Shown here: piece after piece, positions 1-12,127 of the stretch
Layout: each line of letters starts with the position of its first letter
Numbering within the stretch: the stretch's first letter is position 1
Assembly: GCF_001194135.2 (NCBI RefSeq)
Contig: NC_068982.1
Span: 175,723,748 to 175,776,701, forward strand
Direction of reading: 5' to 3'
DNA: 52,954 bases
Source: Octopus bimaculoides
Taxonomy: Eukaryota
The notes under the pieces: model-generated
The model's input: only the letters and a program-made list of their open reading frames with translations
Database searches by the model: none
Told to the model about the DNA's origin: nothing
Made by a program: the position numbers and the translations under genes

Positions 1-255
1 TGGTGTGATGCGAGGGTATTGGTGTGGTGTGCGTGGTGTGATGCGAGGGTATTGGTGTGGTGTGATGTGAGGGTGTTGGGAGGTGGGGAAGGCTTGGGTG
101 GAGTGTGGGTTAGGCTGAGGGTGGGGTAGAGGTAGGGGTCTGTGGGTAGGGTGCGGTATGTGGGTAGGGGTGGGTGGTAGGTGTAAGGAATTGGATGAAG
201 TGGAGTGGGAAGGTAGAGTAGGAGTGTGTTGGGGTGTGGTGGGATGAGCTTATGA
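1..255. repeat. GT/G-rich low-complexity tract beginning with a 33-bp tandem duplication
   Basis: tggtgtgatgcgagggtattggtgtggtgtg occurs at 1 and 34, followed by GGG-rich degenerate sequence up to the N gap. Confidence 0.85.
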
Positions 256-265
256 NNNNNNNNNN
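256..265. other. Assembly gap (10 N)
   Basis: Run of n. Confidence 0.99.
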
Positions 266-432
266 GAGGAAGAGAAAGAGAGGAGGAGAAAGAGAAAGAG
301 AGGAAGAGAAAGAGAGGAAGAGAGAGGAAGAGAAAGAGAGGAAGAGAAAGAGAGGAAGAGAAAGATAAAACTTGAACATGTTTACTGATATGAGTGTGTG
401 AGAGAGAGAGAGAGAGAAAGAAAGAGAGAGAG
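266..432. repeat. GA-rich microsatellite, (gagaggaagagaaa)n and (GA)n
   Basis: Directly visible purine repeats. Confidence 0.9.
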
Positions 433-834
433 TGTGTTTATATAAGTATAAATTCAAGAATGTATATTTTTTTGAAATTCAGTTACAGTTTTTCTCCTGT
501 AACTAAATAAACGTTTGGCATTAACAAATTGACAAGGCTCTGTTGTTTCAGTTTAGACAGTGGCAGATATTCATGTTCAAGTAAGTGCATTTGTGTAGGT
601 TTGTGTGCATGCACGCATGCAACGACGATTTATTTGAGAATCTTTGGAATTTATGCTTATATATGTTTTACTTGTTTCAGTCATTAGACTGGCCATGCTG
701 GAGCATTTACTATTTGTATATTCAAAGCTTGCATTTCAATAAAAAAAAAATCTTTTTTATTCTATTTATTTATTTGTTCTTTTAGCCAGCTCTGAATATT
801 CAAATTATTCTATTAATTCCAACTCACTATATTC

Positions 835-1100
835 TGAGTTCAGATCCTATCAAAGTCAACTTTTCCTTTCATCCTTTCAGAGTCAATAAAATGTACCAAT
901 CTGATACAGGTGTTAATGTAACTGACTAACTCACTTGCCTCAAAACTGCTGCCCATGTGCTTACATTAGAACCAAAATTTAGCAGGAGGGAGCGAGTCGA
1001 TTATATCAACCTTGGTTATTATAATCTTGACTGGTACTTATTTCACTGAACCTGACAGGATGAAAAGCAAAGCTGGCCGCACTGGAATCTGAACTCAGAA
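835..1100. mobile_element. Two diverged SINE fragments of one family in tail-to-tail inverted orientation
   Basis: ctgagttcagatcc...tttcatcctttcagagtcaataaaatgtacca (+) is mirrored by tggtacttatttcactgaacctgacaggatgaaaagcaaag...gaactcag (-). The same family occurs at 34790-35000. Confidence 0.65.
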
Positions 1101-1331
1101 GATAAAGATAGGATCATTGCAACTGAAGTTCCTTTTGATCATAGATCAGATGCTAAATATCAAAACTCCTTTTACTCAATATACATTATTTATGAGTTCT
1201 CATTAAATATCTATTAGATAACTATGATTAAACAACAACTATCTTAAAACAGGAAGGTCACAGAGTAATATGGTCTTAGATACAATGTATCAACAATTAA
1301 AAGATAGGATGGTCACAGACGGATTAACTTT

Positions 1332-1427
1332 TGAACTCATCTGGTACTACATGACATATCTATACTTATACAAATCTATGCCTTTTCTGAATTCATCTGG
1401 TACTACATAACATATCTACACTTATAC
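1332..1427. repeat. 40-bp direct repeat, two copies, 37/40 identical
   Basis: tgaactcatctggtactacatgacatatctatacttatac (1332-1371) versus tgaattcatctggtactacataacatatctacacttatac (1388-1427). Confidence 0.9.
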
Positions 1428-3772
1428 AGCCATTATGCATGCTGATAGAAAATTATTTCATATATCTATTTTGGTAACTTCTAGTGTCAAATCTTTCCAT
1501 AGTTTTGTTTTCTAGTAGAGAGACACAAGTCTATACTATACTCTCAATGGCATGACGGATAAAAGAAAGCTACTTGACTCAGGAGTATATAGCATTTCTC
1601 ATTTGCGGGATAAATCTACATATGGACAAGATGCTAGTTTATTGCAGTTAACTTAGTATAAATGATTGATACAATTCTGACTTGTTAATTTCTATATTAT
1701 ATGGTAAAATACTACCAAAAGTATACTAAGTGAACTGAGGTAATGTAGAATAAAACATGGTGAAACATCAGCCACAGATCTGAACTTAAGATTCATGAAT
1801 CCATCAAAACTAATGTCATATGTCTGATGTCGGTTTGTGCTTGTCCCGACATTTGATTTGCTGCTTTAGTAATCTCATCCAGTTATGATTTTGTCCCTAA
1901 CAGCTAATGTCAAATCCTCTGTTTTGGCTAGATCATATTTGAATAGAAAAGATTAATAAATATGTTTTGAACCAGTGACATGAAAGAAGTACCCAGTACA
2001 CTCTGAAAAGTGTGAAAAGTGGCTGGCATTAGGAAGTGCATCCAGTCGTAGAAACCATGTCAAAGATGACATCAGAGCTAGGTGTAGCCCTGCAGATTGC
2101 TGGTTCCCAGTCAAACCATCCTACCTATGTCAGCATAGAAAGCAAATATTATATGATGATGATGTTCAGTACTGGTCTGTTTTAATGACATACAACACAA
2201 TGATCTGTGTCTCCAGTAGGCCACCACAAGTATCATCAACATCATAACCCACATTAAACTATAAGGTCTGATTGATAACAGCATGAAGTAAAACCATCTG
2301 GTGGCCACACCATGACAGAGAGCAAGTTTTAATAGGTTTAGCCACTGTTATTGAAACCTAATATTTTCCTACAAATAAGTTGTACTTTTAATAAGTTGTA
2401 CTTTTAACAAGTTGTACCTCAAATGTAAAACACACTGTACTTGTTTTATAATTATATATATATATAAAACAGAACCACTCCAATTTCAAAATTTTAAGTG
2501 GTTAAAGAAATTTAAAACAAAAGAAAATAGAAAAACAAAAACTATATTTAAACAAACCTCTCCCATTCCCATACATAAGTGGTAGAAAATATTTGACCTA
2601 ATACTAACAAAATAGCTAAAAAGGACATTTCTCTTAACATATAACTGTATTTGCACTATTAACTAATACAGTCACCAAGTTTTGTCCTTGAGTTTATGAA
2701 GCTTCAATGAAGGATCCACTTATAGAGGTGCCTGAGATGTTGCACTAATTAATGCATTGTTCCATGTGATACTGGAAACCTGTCACCATTAGCTGGGTCC
2801 TGAAGGACCCATTTCTCACCACATGGAAGCTGAGGACAGAATGGCAAAATTTGAACACAGAATGCAGAGAACTGGAACAAATACCATTGACATCTCATCC
2901 AACACTAAAAATTTCACCAATCTACTGCTTTGGCTTCATATTTATTTATTGGCTTTGAAAAAAAACGGGAAGGCAAAGTTGGTCTTTGATTTGAACTCAA
3001 ACAGCAGAGAACCAGAACAAACATTGCAAGATATTCAAACAGAGAAAATTTCCTGCCATTAATAACAGAGTTACTAATATTTGAAAGAAATTGGTGGAGC
3101 CAGCATTATGAGTTTTTAATATATTTCATTTTTTAAATATATTTCAATATTAATATCCTTAATGTATTTCATTTTCTTTTCAACTGATTCCATATTTCGT
3201 ACAACCTTGTATTATTACACTCTGTTTACCATTTAGCTAGTAGTCCTTTACATCTATACCTTGCCCAGCATATATCCAAATAGGTTGTGACAAAAGATGC
3301 TAAAATGCCTAATAATATATTTCCTATTCAGTTTTGCTTTGAAATAATTGATAAAATCAAACCTAGACTTCCTAGCTTCAGTAGTTACCAAGAAACCACA
3401 GCAAACAAGCAAGCAAACATACTGAGCAAAAGCAGTGACACCTAGTTGAGTATGTTCATGCAATGTTAGATCCAAAGAAAATAGCGAACAACACTTGCAC
3501 AAACAACTGCATATTTGCAAAAATGATGTTGGACATGCAAATATAAGAAAATACGATTATAAAATCATATTAAAAAGAATGCAATAAAAAAAAACTGATC
3601 CTAAGAATTAAGATCATCTGTTTGGAAGCCCTGACAAGTAACATAATATTTCTAAACTAAACAAAGGAGTGTGTGTACATACATCAGCTTCCTCCTCACC
3701 CACTTCTAGATTATCATCAGTTTGAATGTGCTTCTACATCACCACCACTACTTCAGCATAGATTGGATAGAA

Positions 3773-3809
<37 letters not shown>

Positions 3810-4561
3810 CGCACACACACTTGAAAGCTACATGTTGCAGTTTCAGTGAATGCTTAAGTTCATGTACATATGTGTTTGTCAAAAATACACATAACTGTTT
3901 GACTGCGTGTATAAGTTTTCTATATGTTCATGTGAACACGTGTATGTGATTCAAGCATATATATATATATATATATAATGGTTTAAATGAGTACAAGTTT
4001 GTAAACAAGAAAGGGAGAGAATGAAGAGAGAGAGGGGTAAGTGAAGTGTAAGCATACAGTCATTATAAAGTTAGAGTTACATAATAGATAAATGTGATAA
4101 ACCTGTCTTGAACAGACATGAAATAACTAAGGAGATAATAGATTGATGTTCTAAACTGAACAGTCAATTCTAAATGTATTAGTCGCCTTCCCTTACCTCT
4201 GCCTCTTGAGAACAGGGGCCAGATTTGCTGGGAATAGCTTAATAGGACAACAGATTATTCGGTAATGAACACATATGACAATTATATGTCAAGAAATTGA
4301 CTTTAAAGCAAGTAAAGCTAAACATTTGTGCTTTAATTGTTGCTAAGACTGAATTGGTAGTGTTAGTAAATTTGTAGCCAATTTTTTTTTTTTTTTTTCC
4401 AGAAATGTTATTATTGAGTTACAGAGCAATGCATGCCATCAAAGTGTAAAAATATACTCTAGGGTAAAAATATACAAAGCCCAGTTTACCCATCATGACT
4501 ACCCAGCCGATAAGGGTACGCTAGGTACTTGCATCACAACTATATGTGCATGACATGGTGA

Positions 4562-5009
4562 TCTCATCCTCATCATCGTTTAACGTCTGTTTTCCATGCT
4601 GGCATAGGTTGAACGGTTTGACTGGGGTCTGGAGAGCCAGCAACTGCACCAAGCTCCAGTCTGATCTGGCAATGTTTCTACAGCTGGATGCCTTTCCTAA
4701 TGCCAACCACTCCAAGAGAGCAGTGGGTCCTTTTTATGTGCCACTGGCATAGGAGCCAGCCAAGCAGGCCTGGCATTGATCACATCGAGTAGTGCTTTTA
4801 ACATGCCACCGGCACGGGAGCCAGTCAGGGGCTACTGGCATCAGCCACGTTCGGATGGTGCTTTTTTCCATGTCACAGGCAGTGGGGCCAGTCAGACAGT
4901 CCTGGCATCAATCATGTTCGGATAGAGCTTTTTACATGCCACCAGTACGGGAGCGAGTCAGAGGGTACTGGCATCGGCCACGTTTGGATGGTGCTTTTTG
5001 TGTACCACC
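4562..5009 (-). mobile_element. (GAT)n-tailed retroposon 3' end (RTE-like 3' UTR or RTE-tailed SINE) with an internal ~66-bp tandem array
   Basis: Reverse complement of the family at 12457-12684. The tail catcctcatcatcgtttaacg is at 4566. Array units start at 4727, 4792, 4858, 4925 and 4991. Confidence 0.75.
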
Positions 5010-5545
5010 AACAGTCTTTCATAATGGCATCTCCAATCCTCTTTCTTTGCAGAATCATTAAACGCAAGGGCACCATCATCCATGCGGACACATTTCTCTC
5101 CTGTGACATCACAGTTTTCTCTCGCAGAGTGTCTTGCAATCTGAAATATTTCAGTTCTTTGATCCTCACGTCACTGATTGGCAAACTTCTTCTTTTCTGC
5201 TACTTCCTTGGCTATATATACCTGTCTCCTATCTTCCCTTTTGGCTATTTGATACAGTCTTCTCCTAGCCACCACTCTTCCAGGCCTTTTTCTTTGCCCT
5301 AATGGCCCTGTCTACAATAGTGTCCCACCACCATGTTATCCTATGTCTGGAAGGGACTTTGCACCAGGCACAGATTTGGTTTGTGGCACTCAGCAAGCTG
5401 TGTTGCAGGAATTCCCAGCTGCCTTCTATGTCACAGGACTGCAGACCTTGCAGCGGGAACCTAGTTAGAATTTTCTTCAGGTCAAGTAGCTCATCCTGCT
5501 CAAAAAATTCTCTGAATAAGATTTGTGGAGGATGAACAAAACACA
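5010..5545 (-). pseudogene. RTE-like LINE ORF fragment (endonuclease-to-RT linker), frameshifted
   Basis: The minus-strand ORF reads WEFLQHSLLSATNQICAWCKVPSRHRITWWWDTIVDRAIRAKKKAWKSGG, matching the W-W-W..V..AI..KK.AWK linker typical of RTE ORFs. Confidence 0.75.
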
Positions 5546-6344
5546 CAAGTTTCAAAAGGTGAATTTTTCAAACTTCCAGAAAATTTTCCTCACAACACGG
5601 CTATGATGCTCCCCAACTACTCTTGCTTAGAATCAGAGATGCACACATCATCAGTCACTAAGGGACATGTTCAACTGCTTAAGGTCAAGCAACTGACAAA
5701 CAAATCTGTAGTACTAAGCAGAATATTTGCTGTAACCCATCTTTTACATCAAGACAAAACATGTACATGATGTCAGATACTTAGCAATTCGTTCCAACAG
5801 TAAGTACCAGACGTATACTATTTTTGATTTAACCATACACATATTTCTTCCCACCAAACTTGTAGTTTTCTGCCAAAACAAAAAAAAAATTTTTATAACA
5901 TCTAACAAACTTAGTCATATTGCATTATTTTTCATTTAAAATTATGCCAGGGTTATCTGTCTTGCCTCCTTCATGGTTCAGTAAAATAAGCCCCAGTTAA
6001 GTATGGGAGTCAATACTATTGACAATGATTATACCCTCCTCCAAACATTATGGCTGTGTGCCAATGTAAGAAATCAATATTATCAACAACACCCTTTTCC
6101 TTCCTTATAAGCATGTGGCCTTGTGCCAGAATTATATAATTCACTAAGTTGCAGAATTGTTAGTCCATCAGGCAAAAAAAGCAGTGTTTTTCAGCTTTAG
6201 GATTTGAGTTCAAATTCTGCCAAGGTCAACTTTGCCTTTCCTTTTTTGGGAGCTGATAAAATAGGTACCAGTTGAGTACTGGAGTCAATTAGTCTTCTCT
6301 CTGAAACTTGAAGGCCTTGTGCCAAAATTTGAAGCCAACATTAT

Positions 6345-6352
6345 TGTTGTTA

Positions 6353-6390
<38 letters not shown>

Positions 6391-6900
6391 GAGTTAATTC
6401 AGTGTAAGAGTGCTTAACCAGAATAGTTTGTCCTACATCCAGAAGTTTTTGGTCTCTTCGTATGATCTTTGCTGTTCCAGCAGCTCCATGTTACCTTTGA
6501 AATCTATCTAACTTATCTAACCAGAATTTGAGACTGGTAGTTGCCATTCTGAACACACCAAATACAATTGGAGTTACACTAGTTTCCTTTAAGTTTCATA
6601 TCTGTCTTCAGTTCTCTTCTCACTTTACTTTTCATATTATTGTCCCTGGAGATGTCTGTCAATAATGTCACATTTTCCATCCTCCTACTTGTTTTATCAT
6701 ATGGTTGGTTTATATGTTAAAGCCCCAGAGAATTTGAACATTGGTATTTTCTATGACTTAATGTGGATTGTGGTTGTACCATTTGACTTAACCAATAATT
6801 TTTGACACATGGTGAATGATCCAGACAACATTTTGGGACTTTATGATGTCACCTCCTGCTCAGTGATAATTCTCTTTCCCAATCTTTTCACCTAGAGCAT
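6345..6900 (-). mobile_element. R4/Dong-like non-LTR retrotransposon 3' fragment with (TAA)n tail
   Basis: The minus strand reads VKWYNHNPH*VIENTNVQILWGFNI*TNH...SVTPIVFGVF...GTAKIIRR, which are restriction-like endonuclease region motifs. It ends in (taa)n at 6345-6391. Confidence 0.7.
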
Positions 6901-9900
6901 TAACCTTCTAAAATCTTCCTGTCCTCATGTTTTTCTTAAAACCATTTACTTGCAATTATCAAAAATATAAATCAACTACAACTATTTCATGTAGAGAAAG
7001 AGGCGCCATGTATATGTATTTGCCAAATACAACATCTGAACCTTTGATCTGATGTTATAGATTCAATTTCTCCTTTTCACATAAAGAGACAGATCACTCC
7101 AACTACACTGCTACAGTATTATACATGATCAAGCATTTTCATAACAGCAGTGTTTACGTTTGCCCAATGGCTCTTGCTAAGATGTACAATAAGAACAAAA
7201 ACCAACTGCATCCCAACTTTCACATGCAGAACAATCTTATGAAAGCTACACATTGAATCATCTTAGATAATGTAAATTAAGCATTCAAGAATATGGCTAT
7301 TATTGTCGTCTATTATTTGCTCCTTGCAAGCTACAATCAACCCAATGAATTTTACTTATAAAAATGATACATTTGACAAAAGTATTTACAGACACAAAGA
7401 TAAACAAATGATTATGATCTCCTAAGTCTGATCAAAATTCAATTTCTCTAAACTTAGCAATGTGTATGGCAGAAAATGCTATAAAAATATATTAAGAATG
7501 TAGAGTTTTCAGATACCACTAATAGAATCTTAGATTGAAATATCAGTTATTTTCATTCATATTATTCAGCACTATCAACAAATTGATGAGATTTTACAAC
7601 TATAATTGAAATTTAAAAAATTTTAACTCCAACTTTGATACAAAAAGAAAACTTTTTTTTTTTTTACCAGCAACAGACATATAGCAAAATAACCAAATAA
7701 AGAATCAATGAAACCGATCCATACTACCATTAACACCTACAATCATATCCTGAGCCAACGAAAGAGCCTCTACTCAGTTTCACAACTTGCTAAATTTAGC
7801 TAAATCTCTTTCAATTTACAACCTACTGCCTTGAAAAAAAAAACATATTAGACACACAACATCAGAATAAAATAGGAAATCATTACAAATGGAATTCTTT
7901 TTATCATTGATCTGTTTGATTGAAGCTGAACAACAATAACATTATCAGCAGTTGCAGTATCCCCAGTATCACATCATAAAGGTTAAAAAAGTTTACTACA
8001 TCACATCTCCAGTTACCTAAACCTATAGCATTATCCAGAAGATAAGATAAAAGTAGAAGTGAGAAGGCTATATGGATAAAGCATTGAATTACCAACTACT
8101 TGGTTATGGGTTCAAATTTTTGCAGTGGTTTCATTGTTGTTTCTGGGAAGAACATTTGGTTCTACATGCTACAATTCTCCTAATTACTGGAATCAGATTA
8201 CCAAGTCATATGGACATGTTTTATGTGTTCTATCTAAGAGAGAATCCATCTTTCAACATTTAATTCTATGGAAACCAAGTAACAGCTTTTAGAAGGCTTT
8301 TGTAGAGCATCATAAGGCATACAGAAAAGTTCAAAGGTGTTACAATAAGTGCAATATTCCTATTTACTTATAATCTCTGCTGAAAAAATTCCAGCACAAT
8401 CTTGGTCCACCACATATAGGGAAGTTATCGTCATTAGATAAGCTATGTTACTTAGCCTTGAGCAAGCTATACATCATTGGAGGAGTTAAATTCAGTTCTG
8501 CATGTTAATGAAACAGTAACTTTTGCTGACATTGCTTACAGCAGCTGTGATATTATGGGCATTATTTACCATTGAGTGGACTGTGTTGTGTTTGTAACCA
8601 AAACACTTAGCTCTTAACAATGGGGTCTGCTAGTTTGAAGCAGGTATTGCAAATGGTACAATTTCCTGCAATAATCATAGAAGTTGTAATAGCACCATCA
8701 CTACTCTGAACATATCACAAAGTGTTGAGATGAATTCTTTTTACGGAAAAACCTACCTGGAATAGATTAGCCTCGACGCTCCCATTCAAAGGGAACATTT
8801 CTATCTCATCTCATTCACTTATATACAGAAACCATATCTGAACAATGACCCTATAAAAAGTTTAGCTATTAGACATTACTGGTGATAGGATTTGAGCCCT
8901 TCTTTCACTTTTTCTGTACAAGCAAATATTACTGAAGAAATTTAGAACCTTGTAAGATACATTTGCTAAGTTTCTAAACAGACTGAAGACAACTCTCAAT
9001 TATGCGGCATATTGTTTTCTAATTAATTGTAGCAGCTGTTGTGGTGTTGGATAGCTTGGGACAGTGTGTGGTGTGGTGTAGTATTATTTGATATATAGGG
9101 GTATGATGCATACACATCTTAGAGTAGTTGTTTCTCTTTCTTCACATCTTTCTTCCTTCATTCTATATTTTTTATTTTATTTTTCCTGTTCATTTTTGAC
9201 TGAAAGTATTTTATTTGAAACCATTTTTTTCTTTGTTTGCTTTTTCTCTTTATGTATAGATATCATTAGAACGCTAACTCATCACTTTCCCCTTTACATC
9301 TTCATCCCTGTCTCTATCTTACTCTGTTTTTCTTTATATTTCTCTCTCTTGTCCAGATTCAAAGTTTAACTGACAATCTTTTTATCTATTTATTCATTTT
9401 CCCGTCTATTTGCGTCTGTTTCTCTCACCATTATAAATAGGTACAAATCTGTTTACAGACAGACAGACGCACACACACACACCGCCACTAGTAAGCAGAA
9501 ACAGATATATTTATAGTTATATAAATAAACATATATTATATAACTATGTATACATAATAAACATTCTTACATGCACACACCTGCATACAAATATAATCAT
9601 TGATATATATATAAGTATACACAACGCATACATCAACATAAAATGTACCCAGCTGCACACATCTGCACTGCAATACAGACGCTGATTAACACCAATGTGC
9701 ACGCACACACATGGATACATAATAAGTAATAAATATTGCAGCAGTACTGAGGCAACACATGCAGTAGTACTTATGCACCAGTTCTATTTAGAAATGTACT
9801 AACAGTGCATATGTACTATTGCACAGTTGCTGTAACTACTACTGCTGCAAATACAAGCAATGCAGTAAGTAACAGTGACAGAAATACTGGTGTACCAGTG

Positions 9901-10363
9901 CTATTTATATAACATTACACTAACATTGCAATGTTATAAGGAGTACTCAAAAAATTCTACATCCCTCCTTTCAGCTTGATAAGAATCAAAAAGATCACTC
10001 AGATCAGTTAAATAGTAACAACAGTGATCATGATTGCAACAAGTATAGCAACACACACATACATCTCAACTGAAAAGTTCACTGCCTCACACTGTTCATT
10101 GGTTTCATCCTAGGCAAGAGTTTTTAGGTTTATTAGGATGAAACCACTAGTCATTGAGAAGCACTAGACCTTATAAGTCTCACAAATTTTTACGCTACAA
10201 ATGCACAAAGTTCTCTCCTTCTTAGAGGCAGTAGAAAATGATAATACACTACTGACTATACTCTACTGCATGTATGTTTATGTTTAATGGTGTAAATGAA
10301 CTTGTTGAGATGCATCTATTGTATTAAAAACGATGCAGATGATGATGTATGCATGTATGTATG

Positions 10364-10410
10364 TACAAGGGGGTAGTGAAAAGTTCCTGGCTTTAAGGGT
10401 ATCGCGAAAG
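10364..10410 (+). mobile_element. Tc1/mariner-type terminal inverted repeat fragment
   Basis: TA followed by caagggggtagtgaaaagttcctggctttaag, resembling the mariner TA|CGAGGGG...AAAAGTT terminus. No partner TIR is visible because a gap follows. Confidence 0.45.
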
Positions 10411-10481
10411 GGTAAAGGTGTTACCTTTACTGGGGAGGTAGAGCAACTATTTATATGTATGTGTGTGTGTATGTGTATATA

Positions 10482-10950
10482 NNNNNNNNNNNNNNNNNNN
10501 NNNNNNNNNNNNNNNNNNNNNNNNNNNNNNNNNNNNNNNNNNNNNNNNNNNNNNNNNNNNNNNNNNNNNNNNNNNNNNNNNNNNNNNNNNNNNNNNNNNN
10601 NNNNNNNNNNNNNNNNNNNNNNNNNNNNNNNNNNNNNNNNNNNNNNNNNNNNNNNNNNNNNNNNNNNNNNNNNNNNNNNNNNNNNNNNNNNNNNNNNNNN
10701 NNNNNNNNNNNNNNNNNNNNNNNNNNNNNNNNNNNNNNNNNNNNNNNNNNNNNNNNNNNNNNNNNNNNNNNNNNNNNNNNNNNNNNNNNNNNNNNNNNNN
10801 NNNNNNNNNNNNNNNNNNNNNNNNNNNNNNNNNNNNNNNNNNNNNNNNNNNNNNNNNNNNNNNNNNNNNNNNNNNNNNNNNNNNNNNNNNNNNNNNNNNN
10901 NNNNNNNNNNNNNNNNNNNNNNNNNNNNNNNNNNNNNNNNNNNNNNNNNN
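10482..10950. other. Assembly gap (469 N)
   Basis: Run of n, preceded by TA/TG microsatellite. Confidence 0.99.
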
Positions 10951-11130
10951 TACGAAAAAAACAGCAACAGACGAGGACAGGTGGTGTAAACAACAAAAGG
11001 ATGTATTAGTTTAACGCTCGGGAATAGAGAAAGTCTTTAACGTTTCGAGCTACGCTCTTCAACAGAAAGAATAAGGAGAAAAACAAGGAGAAAAACACAG
11101 AGAAAAAAAATTTTGAATGTTGTGGTCAGC
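10951..11130 (-). mobile_element. Penelope-like-element-derived terminal repeat fragment carrying a hammerhead-like motif
   Basis: Non-microsatellite block abutting the gap. It contains CTGTTGAA-GAGC-GTA-GCTC-GAAACGT, matching the CTGATGAA-stemII-GAAACGT pattern typical of Penelope-like termini. Confidence 0.5.
11034..11070 (-). ncRNA. Minimal type I hammerhead-ribozyme-like motif (A6U core variant)
   Basis: The minus strand reads TCTTT-CTGTTGA-A-GAGC-GTA-GCTC-GAAACG-T-T-AAAGA. Stem I is TCTTT/AAAGA, stem II is GAGC/GCTC, and stem III is the palindrome ACGT. Confidence 0.55.
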
Positions 11131-11613
11131 GATCTATCATATATATACATATATGAGCACATACACAAATGCATACATATGAAAATACCCATACACACAT
11201 ATATTTGGTGAAGGTATACTGGCATATAACCACATATATATAACAATAATCAAAACAGTTTACATCATTTTTACTTTGAGTTTCATATTAACATTGTGCA
11301 ATAAAACATATTAAACACCACTAATGCAAGGCTCTGAATAATGACTGAAATATCTCATCCTGCTCAAAATCAGCTTTCAAGTACCATATAATCACCTGTC
11401 TCTCAATCCCAACACTAAAATGTCTAGCCTTGTGCCTATGCAAGAAATCATGACTTTACTATAAGAATTACATGCATTGAGAAATTTTTGTTTTCGTTTG
11501 TGTATATACATACATACATAGGTCCTGTATGCATATATGTATACATATAGATGTAAGTATGTACATATATGTATGGATATATGCATATATTTATATATTA
11601 TTTATATTATTAT

Positions 11614-11616
<3 letters not shown>

Positions 11617-11693
<77 letters not shown>
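11617..11693. repeat. (TA)n(CA)n compound microsatellite
   Basis: Directly visible. Confidence 0.95.
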
Positions 11694-11694
<1 letters not shown>

Positions 11695-11724
11695 ATACAA
11701 GTAGAATATATATATTTTATCATC

Positions 11725-11960
11725 AACATCAGTTAAACATCCACTTTTCCATGCTCGCATAGATCAAACAGAATGTGTTGAGGTAAATTTTTCATACACC
11801 AGGATACCCTTCCTATCACTAAGCTTCATCTACTTCTGAATATAAATTAATATTTCCACTTGGCCAGAGATGTTTTCATGGAAGACAGTAAATTATGGAC
11901 ACTGCCTGTACCATGGTGGCACTCATTTACAACTACCATTTGATGTCAACACAAGGAAAC
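11725..11960 (-). mobile_element. Diverged (GAT)n-tailed SINE-like repeat (same family at about 44110-44360 on +)
   Basis: catcagttaaacatccacttttccatgctcgcatagatcaaacagaat is the reverse complement of ttctgtctgacccatgcaaacatggaaaagtggacattaaa at about 44315-44357. Confidence 0.5.
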
Positions 11961-12083
11961 AATAAGACATTAGAACACATAAAATAGGTACGTATATATA
12001 TAAAGGACTACCACCAAATCCATACACATGGGTTTGCTCAAGGTGCCATGTTTGGGAAGGAAACTTTGTAAACACATACTTTT

Positions 12084-12127
<44 letters not shown>

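Noticed and set aside
85-185. G-quadruplex-capable GGG runs, and the G run at 42561-42579
   Set aside because: This is expected in low-complexity DNA, and there is no evidence of function.
3254-3520. 88-aa ORF ending at an AAG|GTATAG donor-like site
   Set aside because: No convincing acceptor and no recognisable protein family.
4727-5009. Regular ~66-bp periodicity suggesting a CRISPR array
   Set aside because: Whole units are homologous with no unique spacers, there are no cas genes, and the array lies inside a eukaryotic retroposon.
7890-8760. Coding-looking unique sequence (YDVILG protease-like on -, YGHVL...LILWKP RTE-like on +)
   Set aside because: The weak motifs conflict between strands and there are many stops. 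It is probably an ancient transposon but cannot be assigned.
10284-11014. Long ORFs of 181-227 aa in the ORF track
   Set aside because: They are made almost entirely of X from the N gap. The same applies to 35453-36049.
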